A stretch of 62,680 bases of DNA, counting the filler. It is 4 parts of 4 records of this genome, joined end to end, with 100 filler letters (N's around TTAATTAATTAA, not from the genome) between each part and the next. Parts side by side here need not be neighbours in the genome. Positions count along the whole stretch, not along the records: positions 30,111 to 42,036 come from SRR20825006_724; 3 more parts are not named here. One strand, 5' to 3'. Below are positions 30,011 through 39,237 of the stretch, one piece after another. Positions within the stretch are counted from its first letter, which is position 1, and each line of letters starts with the position of its first letter. The notes under the pieces were generated by a model. The model saw only the letters and a program-made list of their open reading frames with translations, was not told where the DNA came from and did no database searches. Made by a program: the position numbers and the translations under genes.

Positions 30011-30110
30011 NNNNNNNNNNNNNNNNNNNNNNNNNNNNNNNNNNNNNNNNNNNNTTAATTAATTAANNNNNNNNNNNNNNNNNNNNNNNNNNNNNNNNNN
30101 NNNNNNNNNN
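30011..30110. other. artificial contig spacer
   Basis: 44 N + TTAATTAATTAA (stops in six frames) + 44 N; abrupt GC shift. Confidence 0.99.
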
Positions 30111-30126
30111 TCTGTGCCCTTGGGTA

Positions 30127-30138
30127 AATTCGACCTAC
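30127..30138 (-). repeat. partial GTAG-type REP element at contig start
   Basis: AATTCGACCTAC (rc GTAGGTCGAATT); shares AATTCGACC with the palindrome at 41963-41992. Confidence 0.5.
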
Positions 30139-30162
30139 TTGGCAGCTTAAACTGGATGCGAT

Positions 30163-30378
30163 TCATTCGGAGAAGGTATCGATGAATAACGCTTCCACCT
30201 TGTCTCTCGCCCAGGGTGTTTTGCGCAGAAACTTCAAGCTGGACTTCACTGACGGATCGCTGATAAAGCAATTGATGCGAATGCGATCGCCCAGCTCGTC
30301 CCAGCCATAGTATTCAACCAGGCGCGTCACCACGGTTTCCAGGGTGATGCCATGCAACGGATTGTTCGGTTGGCTCAT
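30163..30378 (-). CDS. VF530 family (DUF2132) small DNA-binding protein
   Basis: [10 protein letters not shown]...YGW...[24 protein letters not shown]. Confidence 0.92.
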   Translation of the reverse strand: MSQPNNPLHGITLETVVTRLVEYYGWDELGDRIRINCFISDPSVKSSLKFLRKTPWARDKVEALFIDTFSE

Positions 30379-30390
30379 CTGCGTGGCCCT

Positions 30391-31311
30391 TCAGTCTGCT
30401 TTTGAAAGGACAAAACCGTCGCGGGGAAAATGCACTTGAATCTGCCCCACCACGGGATCATCGCGACGAACCACCAGCGTGCGGTCATCGCAATAACACA
30501 GCTCACCGAACACCGGCTCACGGCCATAATCTGACGGTGCCACTCGCACTGCCTTACCCAGCAAAGATGTCTGCTCCACCTGTTCGGGCAGGGCCCGCGG
30601 CGTAGCCTGGCGAGCGATCTCCAAAGCCTCATCCGCACTGATATCCTTGCGCGTGCCCTGCCCGAAGGCTTGCATACGGTTCATCCAGGCCTCCACTTTC
30701 GGATGGCTGCCCGCAATATTTCGCCCGGCCAGATCACGGCGAAACCAGAGGCTGTGATAGGCGGAAAAGTCACCGGCATTGGGCGCATCACCAAACAGGA
30801 AATGCCCGGTCAGCAGGGTTTCCATATGATCCAGATGCACGGCCACCTTGCGACGCATTTCGCGGGGGCTGTCGGCTTTCACTTTCGACTTGCTGCCCAT
30901 CTTGATCCGGTCCAGTAACAGGCGCCCCAGATCCAGCAGTGACGACTCTTTCAGTACCCGGCGCAACAGGGTGAAATTCCCGGCCGTGACAATGGAGGCC
31001 AGAAATATCTCCAGGTCCACCTCACGGACAAAGGCCTGCACCTCTTCACTGCAATTCTCCACCACCAGCTCGGGCTTGTTGCTCAGCCGGGCAATTTCGC
31101 GGCTGAGGGTGCGGGTATCACAAAAAACATCAGCGCCAATCTGCGCCACCGGAATTTTCCGGTAGCCGCTGGCCAGCGGCGCCAACTTGGGGCGCGGTGG
31201 CATTTCCGCCACAGTGACCGACTGCCATTGCAAGCCGGCATAACCCAACATGGCGCGGGCTTTCTCGGAAAACGGGGACAGCGTGTAGTGGTGCAGAATC
31301 AGTTCTGACAT
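30391..31311 (-). CDS. glutathione S-transferase family protein
   Basis: LHHYTLSPFSEK, GYRKIPVAQIGADVFCDT; start moved to ATG 31311. Confidence 0.9.
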   Translation of the reverse strand: MSELILHHYTLSPFSEKARAMLGYAGLQWQSVTVAEMPPRPKLAPLASGYRKIPVAQIGADVFCDTRTLSREIARLSNKPELVVENCSEEVQAFVREVDLEIFLASIVTAGNFTLLRRVLKESSLLDLGRLLLDRIKMGSKSKVKADSPREMRRKVAVHLDHMETLLTGHFLFGDAPNAGDFSAYHSLWFRRDLAGRNIAGSHPKVEAWMNRMQAFGQGTRKDISADEALEIARQATPRALPEQVEQTSLLGKAVRVAPSDYGREPVFGELCYCDDRTLVVRRDDPVVGQIQVHFPRDGFVLSKAD

Positions 31312-31467
31312 GAAAGCATCCTGAATTAAGTGATCCGTATGGCGGCAAGCCTCATATCCCCGCGCGACAAGGTCAAGCATCCATTGCCCTACCGCTGCGT
31401 TGGCAACCCTGTAATATACGCAACTCTTTGCTCTTTGCGCCCCTCACTGCCGACGGACCTGCAGATA

Positions 31468-32490
31468 ATGAAATGGATTTACCGTTTATTGATTGCCGCC
31501 TTTATTGCTCTGGTTGTGGGGGGCGCCGTTTCCACCGCCCAGGACCACTGGCGCATGCATCAGGACGCCATGATCCGCATGCAGGAAAACCTGCTCAAGC
31601 AACAACAAAAGCAGCAGGAGCTCAGCAACCGTATTGCGCAGACCCGGGCCAAACCCACCCTCAGTGACCACGACCGCTGGTTGATTGCCCACCTGGAAAA
31701 GGCCCGCGCCGGCCTAGACAAGATACTGGTTACCCAGCAGTCGGGCATCTCCCGGCTGCAACGCAGCTTCCTGCGTACCTGGGTCGGCAACCTGGTGCTG
31801 TTCATCGCGCTGGCCGGGCTGGGGCTCGGCATAGTGACGCGTTCCGGTAATGCCCTGAACAAGGAAGAGCAGCGCTGGCTGGCCAGCCGCCCGGAGGACA
31901 TTCCCTCACTCAGGCTGGATCCCGGCGCGCACCGCAACGCGACGGCCCCTACCCGTAACGCCAGTAACTTTGTGACCGGGCGCATCCGGGCCGTGAAGGC
32001 TGACCGGCTACAGGTAAAGCGCAGCGGCATACTCAGCGCCATGGGCTTGAGCTTTATCATCGCCCCGCAAGGCGGGCTGATCGTGGAACTGTATTTCCTC
32101 TACGACGCGCTGATGGTTGCCCATACTCCGTTTCAACAACTGGAATGGGGCGGCATGATGCAAAGCCTGATGTTATCGATCCCATTCACCCTGGTGGGCC
32201 TGTACCTGCTGGCATCCAGCACCAGCCAGGCCAGCATCGATCGTCGCGAACAAATCATCACCCTGCCCGATGGCCCCCGTACCATTGTGTTCAGGGACGT
32301 GGAATCCATTCAGCTCAACCAGATACTGAGCACCGGCGAACGCAGCTACCTGAACAGCCAGATTCAGTTAAACCTGAATAACGGCGAGGTCCTGTCATTG
32401 CTCAGCCATGGCGGCAAGGAGCAGATCTATGTGGACCTGATCCGCACGGCCCTGTTTATGGACAAACCCGCAGTGCTGCTGCACCACTAG
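31468..32490 (+). CDS. hypothetical membrane protein (TM, coiled coil, further TMs)
   Basis: Start MKWIYRLL at 31468; Gln-rich helix; 3-4 hydrophobic segments. Confidence 0.7.
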   Translation: MKWIYRLLIAAFIALVVGGAVSTAQDHWRMHQDAMIRMQENLLKQQQKQQELSNRIAQTRAKPTLSDHDRWLIAHLEKARAGLDKILVTQQSGISRLQRSFLRTWVGNLVLFIALAGLGLGIVTRSGNALNKEEQRWLASRPEDIPSLRLDPGAHRNATAPTRNASNFVTGRIRAVKADRLQVKRSGILSAMGLSFIIAPQGGLIVELYFLYDALMVAHTPFQQLEWGGMMQSLMLSIPFTLVGLYLLASSTSQASIDRREQIITLPDGPRTIVFRDVESIQLNQILSTGERSYLNSQIQLNLNNGEVLSLLSHGGKEQIYVDLIRTALFMDKPAVLLHH

Positions 32491-32505
32491 ACGACCGGTC
32501 TAATT
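32487..32505. promoter_or_regulatory. NemR-type TetR operator, copy 1
   Basis: CTAGACGACCGGTCTAATT (TAGAC-N5-GTCTA palindrome) upstream of the tetR gene; exact copy at 33190. Confidence 0.85.
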
Positions 32506-32524
32506 AGGTGGTAAAGTGCCGCCC

Positions 32525-33133
32525 ATGAATACGCAAACCGCTATCCGTCAGCCCGGCAAACACCGTGACACCCGCCAGCACCTGCTGGATACGGGCCGTG
32601 ACATTCTGGCTGCCCGCGGTTTCAGTTCCGTCGGCTTGAGTGCCATCCTGCAAGCCGCCGGCGTGCCAAAAGGCTCGTTCTACCACTATTTCCAGTCCAA
32701 AGAACAATTTGGCCAGGCATTGCTGGAAGATTATTTTGCCAGCTACATTCAAGACCTGGATGCCCGCTTCGCCGATGACGGCACACCGGCCATCAGCCGA
32801 CTGATGAGTTACTGGCAGGGCTGGCAGGAAAACTACTGCGGCCCGGCCGGCCTGCGCGACTGCCTGGTGGTCAAGCTGAGCGCGGAAGTCGCCGATCTGT
32901 CTGAAGCCATGCGCATCACTCTGCGCGACGGCACTGACCAGGTCATGGCGCGAATCGCCAACTGCATAGAGGCCGCCATCGCCGATGGCTCTCTGCCCCC
33001 GCAGCCGGCACACCAAACGGCAGGCAACCTGTACCAGCTGTGGCTGGGCGCCAGCTTGCTCACCAAACTGCATCGCAATGCCGCCCCCATGAACAACGCC
33101 ATGATGCTGACCCATAGCCTGCTGGCGCGCTGA
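32525..33133 (+). CDS. nemR: TetR family regulator, NemR-like
   Basis: GVPKGSFYHYFQSKEQFG HTH; CLVVKLSAEVADLSEAMR, the NemR-type Cys motif; alternative GTG start at 32516. Confidence 0.85.
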   Translation: MNTQTAIRQPGKHRDTRQHLLDTGRDILAARGFSSVGLSAILQAAGVPKGSFYHYFQSKEQFGQALLEDYFASYIQDLDARFADDGTPAISRLMSYWQGWQENYCGPAGLRDCLVVKLSAEVADLSEAMRITLRDGTDQVMARIANCIEAAIADGSLPPQPAHQTAGNLYQLWLGASLLTKLHRNAAPMNNAMMLTHSLLAR

Positions 33134-33154
33134 CACCCACAGAACATGAATGCG

Positions 33155-33178
33155 GCCTGCTTTCGAGCAGGCTTTTTT
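33155..33178 (+). terminator. intrinsic terminator
   Basis: GCCTGCT-TTCG-AGCAGGC-TTTTTT. Confidence 0.85.
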
Positions 33179-33189
33179 ACCACTCGACT

Positions 33190-33208
33190 CTAGACGACCG
33201 GTCTAATT
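33190..33208. promoter_or_regulatory. NemR-type TetR operator, copy 2
   Basis: CTAGACGACCGGTCTAATT, 31 bp upstream of yqhD. Confidence 0.85.
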
Positions 33209-33239
33209 TAAATACTTTACCGACCAAGGATACCGCAGC

Positions 33240-34397
33240 ATGAATAACTTCGATTTCTACAACCCCACCCGCATCGCCTTTGGCGAAGGAAAGATAGCCG
33301 CCCTCGACACCCTGGTACCTAAAGACGCCAAGATCCTGGTTCTGTTTGGCGGCGAAAGCGCTCGCCGCACTGGCACCCTGGATGAAGTGGAAGCCGCATT
33401 GGACGGCCGCCAAGTGCAACTGTTTGGTGGCATTGAACCCAATCCGAGTTTTGAAACCTTGATGGAAGCCGTCAGCGTGGTGCAGCGCGACGGCATCGAT
33501 TACCTGCTGGCGGTGGGTGGCGGATCCGTCATCGACGGCACCAAGTTTGTCGCCGCGGCCTCCGTATTCGAGGGCAATGCCTGGGACATCCTGCTAAAGG
33601 GCGGCACCAATATTCATCGCGCATTGCCGTTCGGTTCAGTGCTGACCTTGCCTGCCACCGGTTCGGAAATGAACAAGGGCGCCGTGGTGACACGCAAATC
33701 GCTGCAAGCCAAATTGCCGTTTCACAGCGAGCAGGTGTTCCCGCAATTTTCCGTGCTGGATCCCACCAAGAGCTTCACCCTGCCCCCTCGGCAGGTGGCA
33801 AATGGTGTGGTTGATGCCTTTGTGCATATCGTCGAGCAATATCTCACCTACCCGGCCAATGCACCGGTACAGGACCGATTCGCCGAAGGCTTGCTGCAAA
33901 CCCTGATCGAGATTGGCCCACAGGCCCTGGCGGATCCGGAAAATTATGATGTGCGCGCCAACCTGATGTGGGTCGCCACCCTGGCACTCAATGGCCTGAT
34001 CGGCTCCGGCGTTCCCCAGGACTGGGCCACCCATATGCTGGGCCATGAACTCACTGCCCTGCATGGCCTGGACCATGCGCAGACCCTGGCCATTGTGCTG
34101 CCGGCCATGCTCGCCGAACGCAAAGACGCCAAGCACGACAAACTGGTGCAGTACGCACAACGGGTCTGGTCCATCCATGAAGGCAGCGAGTCAGAGCAGG
34201 CCGAGGCAGCGATTGAAAAAACCCGCGCCTTCTTCGAAAGCCTGGGCGTAAAGACCCGCCTCGGGGATTACCAATTGGCAGAGGAACATATCGAACCGCT
34301 GGTCAACAGCCTTGAAGCCCACGGCATGACCGCGCTGGGTGAACATAATGATGTCACCCCCGACGTGTGTCGCCGCGTGCTGCACGCCAGCCTCTAA
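33240..34397 (+). CDS. yqhD: iron-containing NADPH-dependent aldehyde reductase, YqhD-like
   Basis: FYNPTRIAFGEG, GGGSVIDGTK, TLPATGSE, DWATHMLGHELTALHGLDHA. Confidence 0.9.
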   Translation: MNNFDFYNPTRIAFGEGKIAALDTLVPKDAKILVLFGGESARRTGTLDEVEAALDGRQVQLFGGIEPNPSFETLMEAVSVVQRDGIDYLLAVGGGSVIDGTKFVAAASVFEGNAWDILLKGGTNIHRALPFGSVLTLPATGSEMNKGAVVTRKSLQAKLPFHSEQVFPQFSVLDPTKSFTLPPRQVANGVVDAFVHIVEQYLTYPANAPVQDRFAEGLLQTLIEIGPQALADPENYDVRANLMWVATLALNGLIGSGVPQDWATHMLGHELTALHGLDHAQTLAIVLPAMLAERKDAKHDKLVQYAQRVWSIHEGSESEQAEAAIEKTRAFFESLGVKTRLGDYQLAEEHIEPLVNSLEAHGMTALGEHNDVTPDVCRRVLHASL

Positions 34398-34467
34398 CCA
34401 CCCCACTCTTGCGCAACCCCACCCCGGCTTCGAGGTGGCACTGAGATGAAATTGACGGAGAGCAACC

Positions 34468-35142
34468 ATGAATATTCTGATGATTCTCACCTCCCACGAC
34501 CAACTGGGCGACACGGGCAACAAGACCGGTTTCTGGCTGGAAGAATTTGCCGCGCCTTACTATGTTTTCAAGGATGCAGGCGCCACCATCACACTGGCCT
34601 CCCCCAAAGGCGGCCAACCGCCGCTTGACCCAAAGAGCGATAGCCCCGACGCGCAAACCGCCGCCACCGATCGCTTCAACCAGGATACCGACGCCAAATC
34701 TGCACTGGCCAATACCAGGCCCTTGTCCGAACTGGATCCCCAGGCATTTGATGCCGTTTTCTATCCCGGCGGCCATGGTCCCCTCTGGGATCTGGCTGAA
34801 GATGCCACCTCCATTGCCTTGATTGAAGCCTTCAACAACAGCGGCAAACCCATCGGCGCGGTGTGTCACGCTCCCGCTGTCTTTCGCCACACCCGCCATA
34901 ACGGCGAACCGCTGGTCAAAGGTCGCGCCGTCACCGGCTTCACCAATGGCGAGGAAGACGGTGTGCAACTCACCGACATCGTTCCCTTTCTGGTGGAAGA
35001 CATGCTCAAGGCCAACGGCGGCGTTTATGAAAAAGGCGACGACTGGGCCAACCATGTAGTCACCGACGGCAACCTGGTGACCGGGCAGAACCCCGCCTCA
35101 TCAGAAGCAGGAGCAAAAGCCTTGCTGGCATTGCTTTCGTAG
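34468..35142 (+). CDS. DJ-1/PfpI family protein (class I glutamine amidotransferase-like, glyoxalase III-like)
   Basis: TGFWLEEFAAPY, PGGHGPLWDL, AVCHAP, TGQNPAS. Confidence 0.92.
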   Translation: MNILMILTSHDQLGDTGNKTGFWLEEFAAPYYVFKDAGATITLASPKGGQPPLDPKSDSPDAQTAATDRFNQDTDAKSALANTRPLSELDPQAFDAVFYPGGHGPLWDLAEDATSIALIEAFNNSGKPIGAVCHAPAVFRHTRHNGEPLVKGRAVTGFTNGEEDGVQLTDIVPFLVEDMLKANGGVYEKGDDWANHVVTDGNLVTGQNPASSEAGAKALLALLS

Positions 35143-35151
35143 CAGGAAAAT

Positions 35152-35181
35152 AAAAAAGGGCGCCAACAGGCGCCCTTTTTT
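35152..35181. terminator. bidirectional intrinsic terminator
   Basis: AAAAAAGGGCGCC-AACA-GGCGCCCTTTTTT. Confidence 0.9.
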
Positions 35182-35298
35182 ATGGCGGTTTACGCCAGGC
35201 ATCCGGCGTCAAGCGTTTGGCAAAGCGCCGGGTATGCGGGATAAACCAGGCCGATGGCGAGAAGCATGTTATTTACTCTAATCCGCGAAGCACCTTTT

Positions 35299-36300
35299 CT
35301 ATTCGTAGCTCAGGTCTGTGGCCTTGCCGCGAAAGACCCGGTAGATAAAAAACGTATAACAAAGAATCATTGGTAGCGTAATCACCGTTCCCCAGAACGT
35401 GAACAACAACGATTCCGTCGCCGATGCGGCTTCCCAGATCGACAACCGCCCCAGCACAATATCCGGAAACAGGCTGTAAGCCAGCCCGATACTCGCCAGC
35501 ACACACATCACAATCAACGACAGAAACGCCAACCAGCCATACCCGTTGTGTAGAATCCGGTTGCTGTTAAACACCCAGATCAATCCGGCATACGCCAGCC
35601 CTGTGGCAATCGGAATGGGCATCAGACCAATGGCGTTGGGCAGGGTGAACCATTTCTCTGCAATCGTGGCACTGACCAGCGGCGTGGCAATGGAGATCAG
35701 CAATAAAAATGCCCCCATTGGCAACACCGCTAGCCGCCCCCAATGCACCGCCTTTTTAAATAGCGCCCCTTCAGTCTTGATCAGTAACCAGGAGGCCCCC
35801 AGCATGATGTAGAGTGCCGGCAGAGCCAGCGCAATTAAAAAGGCGAACAAGGTGTTGGTGGCATCCCCGGTGAGACCGGTCACAAAAGCGCCCAGCATCC
35901 AGCCCTGGGACACCGAGGCTATCAGGGACCCCACGGCAAAAAGCATGTTCCATTTGGCCTTGTGCTTGTCCCCTGCCTTGACCCGGAAATCAAACGACAC
36001 ACCGCGCAGTATCAGCCCCATAAGCATCAGCGTCACGGGCAGATAGAGCGAGGTCAGCACCAATCCATGAGCTTGGGGAAAAGCGATCAGCAAGATACCC
36101 ACGCCCAGCACGATCCAGGTTTCGTTGGCATCCCAGAACGGGCCGATGGCGGCCACCATGACATCCTTCTCGTCCTCATCGGCAAAGGGCAACAGCAAGC
36201 CGATGCCCAGATCATACCCATCAAGCACCACATAAATCAGCAGCGCCAACCCCATGGCGCCGGCAAAGAACAGCGGAAGCCAGTATCCCAGATCCATCAC
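35299..36300 (-). CDS. cydB: cytochrome bd (CioB-type) ubiquinol oxidase subunit II
   Basis: YVVLDGYDLGIG, PFWDANETW, LILRGVSFDFR. Confidence 0.95.
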   Translation of the reverse strand: MMDLGYWLPLFFAGAMGLALLIYVVLDGYDLGIGLLLPFADEDEKDVMVAAIGPFWDANETWIVLGVGILLIAFPQAHGLVLTSLYLPVTLMLMGLILRGVSFDFRVKAGDKHKAKWNMLFAVGSLIASVSQGWMLGAFVTGLTGDATNTLFAFLIALALPALYIMLGASWLLIKTEGALFKKAVHWGRLAVLPMGAFLLLISIATPLVSATIAEKWFTLPNAIGLMPIPIATGLAYAGLIWVFNSNRILHNGYGWLAFLSLIVMCVLASIGLAYSLFPDIVLGRLSIWEAASATESLLFTFWGTVITLPMILCYTFFIYRVFRGKATDLSYE

Positions 36301-37685
36301 GCCTCTCCTTGTGCTGATTCATCGTCGATCCTTTCCGCCTTCATGGCCCGCTGCTGAGGCGTCAGTGTCAGCGAACGCGCCGGTTTGGTCGCCATGTACC
36401 GCAACGCGGCTATGTAGGACACCAGCAAAAAGGCATAGAGCAGCACATAACCAAACAGGGTTCCCATCACCGTGGCACTACTGTGATCGGCCACCACCTC
36501 GGACGTGCGCAAAAGCCCGCTGACAATCCACGGCTGACGGCCGATCTCGGTCACGTACCAGCCCGCCAATACCGCAACCCAGCCCGAGAAGGTCATCACT
36601 GACAAGGCTCGCAGCAACCAGATCTGGTTGTCCCGGTTTTCATCACGCCGCCGGAACAGGCGCCATGCTGCCCACCAGCCGACCAATACCATCAGCATGC
36701 CCACGCCCACCATGACCCGGAACGACCAGAACACCGGCGCCACCGGCGGAATATCGTCGCCGAATTCATTCAGGCCCTGGATTTCCCCGTTCCAGTCATG
36801 GGTCAGAATCAGGCTGGCTCCATGGGGAATGGTAATGGCCATGTGGTTGGTTTTTGCCTCTTCATCCGGGAAGCCAAACAGCGTCAGTGGAGCCCCTTTT
36901 TCGGTCTCCCATATGCCTTCCATGGCAGCAATCTTGGCGGGCTGATGCTCCAGCGTATTCAAACCATGCAAGTCACCAATCCAGACCTGAAGTGGCGCGA
37001 GCACCGCCGCCATCAATGCGCCGGTACGCATGACTTTCCAGGTCGCCGGGCCGTCCACCTGACGCCTGGCTCGCCAGGCACTCACCCCCATGATCAGAAA
37101 CGCCGCGGTTAACAGCGAAGCATTCAGCATGTGGGCCAGTCGATAGGGGAAAGACGGGTTGAAGATCGCCTCCCACCAGCTGTCCACAAAAAATACGCCG
37201 TCTTCAAGACGGAATCCGGTGGGGGTCTGCATCCAGGAATTCAGGCTGAGGATCCAGAATGCGGAGAAACTGGTCCCCACCGCCACCAGCGCACAGGACA
37301 CCAGGTGAAGGCGGTTGGACACCCGGTTTTTCCCGAACAGCATGATGCCAAGAAATGAGGCTTCCAGAAAAAAGGCCGTCAGCACTTCATACCCCAGCAA
37401 CGGGCCGGCGATATTCCCCGCCCGCTCCATGAACCCGGGCCAGTTAGTGCCGAACTGAAAACTCATGGTGATGCCCGACACCACCCCCAGGGCAAAACTG
37501 AGGGCAAAAATCTTCACCCAGAAAAAATAGGCATATTCCCAGGCCTTGTCACCGGAGAAGGTGTAGCGCAAACGAAAATAGAACAGCACCCAGCACAGGC
37601 CGATGGTGATAGTGGGAAACAGGATATGAAAGCTGATATTGGCGGCGAACTGCAGCCGGGCCAACAGGAACGGATCAAATTCCAC
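36297..37685 (-). CDS. cydA: cytochrome bd (CioA-type, short Q-loop) ubiquinol oxidase subunit I
   Basis: LARLQFA...FHILFP, FQFGTNW, QPAKIAAMEG, EIGRQPW; GTG start with AAGGAG RBS. Confidence 0.95.
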   Translation of the reverse strand: MEFDPFLLARLQFAANISFHILFPTITIGLCWVLFYFRLRYTFSGDKAWEYAYFFWVKIFALSFALGVVSGITMSFQFGTNWPGFMERAGNIAGPLLGYEVLTAFFLEASFLGIMLFGKNRVSNRLHLVSCALVAVGTSFSAFWILSLNSWMQTPTGFRLEDGVFFVDSWWEAIFNPSFPYRLAHMLNASLLTAAFLIMGVSAWRARRQVDGPATWKVMRTGALMAAVLAPLQVWIGDLHGLNTLEHQPAKIAAMEGIWETEKGAPLTLFGFPDEEAKTNHMAITIPHGASLILTHDWNGEIQGLNEFGDDIPPVAPVFWSFRVMVGVGMLMVLVGWWAAWRLFRRRDENRDNQIWLLRALSVMTFSGWVAVLAGWYVTEIGRQPWIVSGLLRTSEVVADHSSATVMGTLFGYVLLYAFLLVSYIAALRYMATKPARSLTLTPQQRAMKAERIDDESAQGEA

Positions 37686-37975
37686 CGGGGCGACTCCTTC
37701 CTTTCGTCCAGTGACGAAGTTTCATTCCTCCAGACAGTAGCACAGGGGGATGCAGGGTAAATGAGACAAAAGGTCCATGCAGGGCGCCACCGCACGTGAA
37801 GAAGACGACAAGAACCAACAGGTGTTAACACTTTGTATACACCCGCAACATTTCCCCGTCCTGTCCACAACACGTTATGCACAGCATCCACCGGGTTTAG
37901 CCAACAAAATGCACTTCATGAAACTGGCAATCCGTTTTGGTCATGCCAGCAAGTTCACTTTCTGGAGAGCACACC

Positions 37976-38989
37976 ATGAAAACAAGAATGGGGCTGGTAG
38001 CCCTGGCCACCGCAGCCATATTGTCCCTGAGCGGCAATGCCATGGCACTGACCAAGCGAACCTTTTGCGTCTTCGACATCATCGGCGCCAATGGTGACAC
38101 CTTTAACATCATGCGCGACTACAAGACTGCCGCTGTCGAGTGGGGCGTGGATGTAGAGCTGAAGCCCTACACCGATGAAAAAATTGCCTCTGAAGACCTG
38201 AAAGCCGGGCAATGTGATGCCGCCGTGCTAACCGGTATTCGTGGGCGTCAGTTCAACAGCTACACCGGCAGCATGGATTCCATTGGCGCCATCCCCAGCT
38301 ACGATGCCATGAGAACAGTGATTGCGGTGATTGCCAGCAACAGCCCCAGCGTCAACCAGCATCTGGTTTCCGGCCCCTATGAAGTGGGCGGGGTTGCCCC
38401 GCTCGGCGCGGCCTTCCTGTTCCTGAAAGACAAGGAAATCGACACCGTTGAAGAACTGGCGGGCAAATCCATCGCGGTACTGGAATATGACAGCGCCCAG
38501 GCCAGCATGGCGTCCCGGGTCGGCATGTCGCCGGTCATGTCCGATATCACCAACTTCTCCACTCGTTTCAACAACGGTTCCGTGGATATCTGCTTTGCTC
38601 CGGTAATGGGTTACTCCGCGCTGGAACTGTACAAGGGCATGGCTCCGGATGGCGGTATCCTTGACTACGTACTGGGCCAGCTGAGCGCTCAGGTCATTCT
38701 TAAAAAGGATAAATTCCCGGAAGACTATGGCCAGAAATCCCGAGCCTTCATGTTCAGCCAGTTTGATCGCGCCATGAAGCTGATTGATAACGCCAGCAAT
38801 GAGATTGCCGACCGCTGGTGGATTCGCATTCCCGAGAAAGACAAGCTGCGTTATGACGAAATGATGCGCGAAGCCCGCATCGAGCTGACCAAGAAAGGGG
38901 TCTACAGCAAAGACATGATGTCCCTGCTGCTCAAGGTTCGCTGCAAGCAGGATCCCTCACGGGCGGAGTGTGTTAACCCGGTGGAATAA
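37976..38989 (+). CDS. putative periplasmic solute-binding protein (DUF6091/AdeT-like)
   Basis: Signal peptide; CVFDIIGANGD, YTDEKIASEDLKAGQCDA, VRCKQDPSRAEC; family assignment from recall. Confidence 0.75.
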   Translation: MKTRMGLVALATAAILSLSGNAMALTKRTFCVFDIIGANGDTFNIMRDYKTAAVEWGVDVELKPYTDEKIASEDLKAGQCDAAVLTGIRGRQFNSYTGSMDSIGAIPSYDAMRTVIAVIASNSPSVNQHLVSGPYEVGGVAPLGAAFLFLKDKEIDTVEELAGKSIAVLEYDSAQASMASRVGMSPVMSDITNFSTRFNNGSVDICFAPVMGYSALELYKGMAPDGGILDYVLGQLSAQVILKKDKFPEDYGQKSRAFMFSQFDRAMKLIDNASNEIADRWWIRIPEKDKLRYDEMMREARIELTKKGVYSKDMMSLLLKVRCKQDPSRAECVNPVE

Positions 38990-39014
38990 CCGGCTTTAAA
39001 CAGACGACTCCGAT

Positions 39015-39045
39015 AAAACGCCGCCAGCATCCCTGGCGGCGTTTT
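39015..39045 (+). terminator. intrinsic terminator
   Basis: AAAACGCCGCCAG-CATCC-CTGGCGGCGTTTT. Confidence 0.85.
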
Positions 39046-39135
39046 CGTTTCACGCTGGTGCAAACGCCTCACCTTGAGGCCCCATTGCCCTGGCCGAACA
39101 GCAATTGAACGCCACCACAAAGCTGGGTAGGTTAT

Positions 39136-39189
39136 TTAAGGAACCTCTGTAAAACTCCTTACATGCTCAGTCTTTCAGAGGTTCCTTAA
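39136..39189. mobile_element. 46-bp MITE-like element with IS5-family-like ends, flanked by TTAA
   Basis: TTAA-GGAACCTCTGTAAAACT...AGTCTTTCAGAGGTTCC-TTAA; 17-bp terminal IRs match 15/17. Confidence 0.6.
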
Positions 39190-39237
39190 CGCACCGCCTG
39201 TGCGGCGCCCCACTTTCACTCTGAGCTGCAACGAGCC

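Noticed and set aside
30055-30066. TTAATTAATTAA repeated three times in the window
   Set aside because: Embedded in N-runs; an artificial six-frame stop linker, not a biological repeat.
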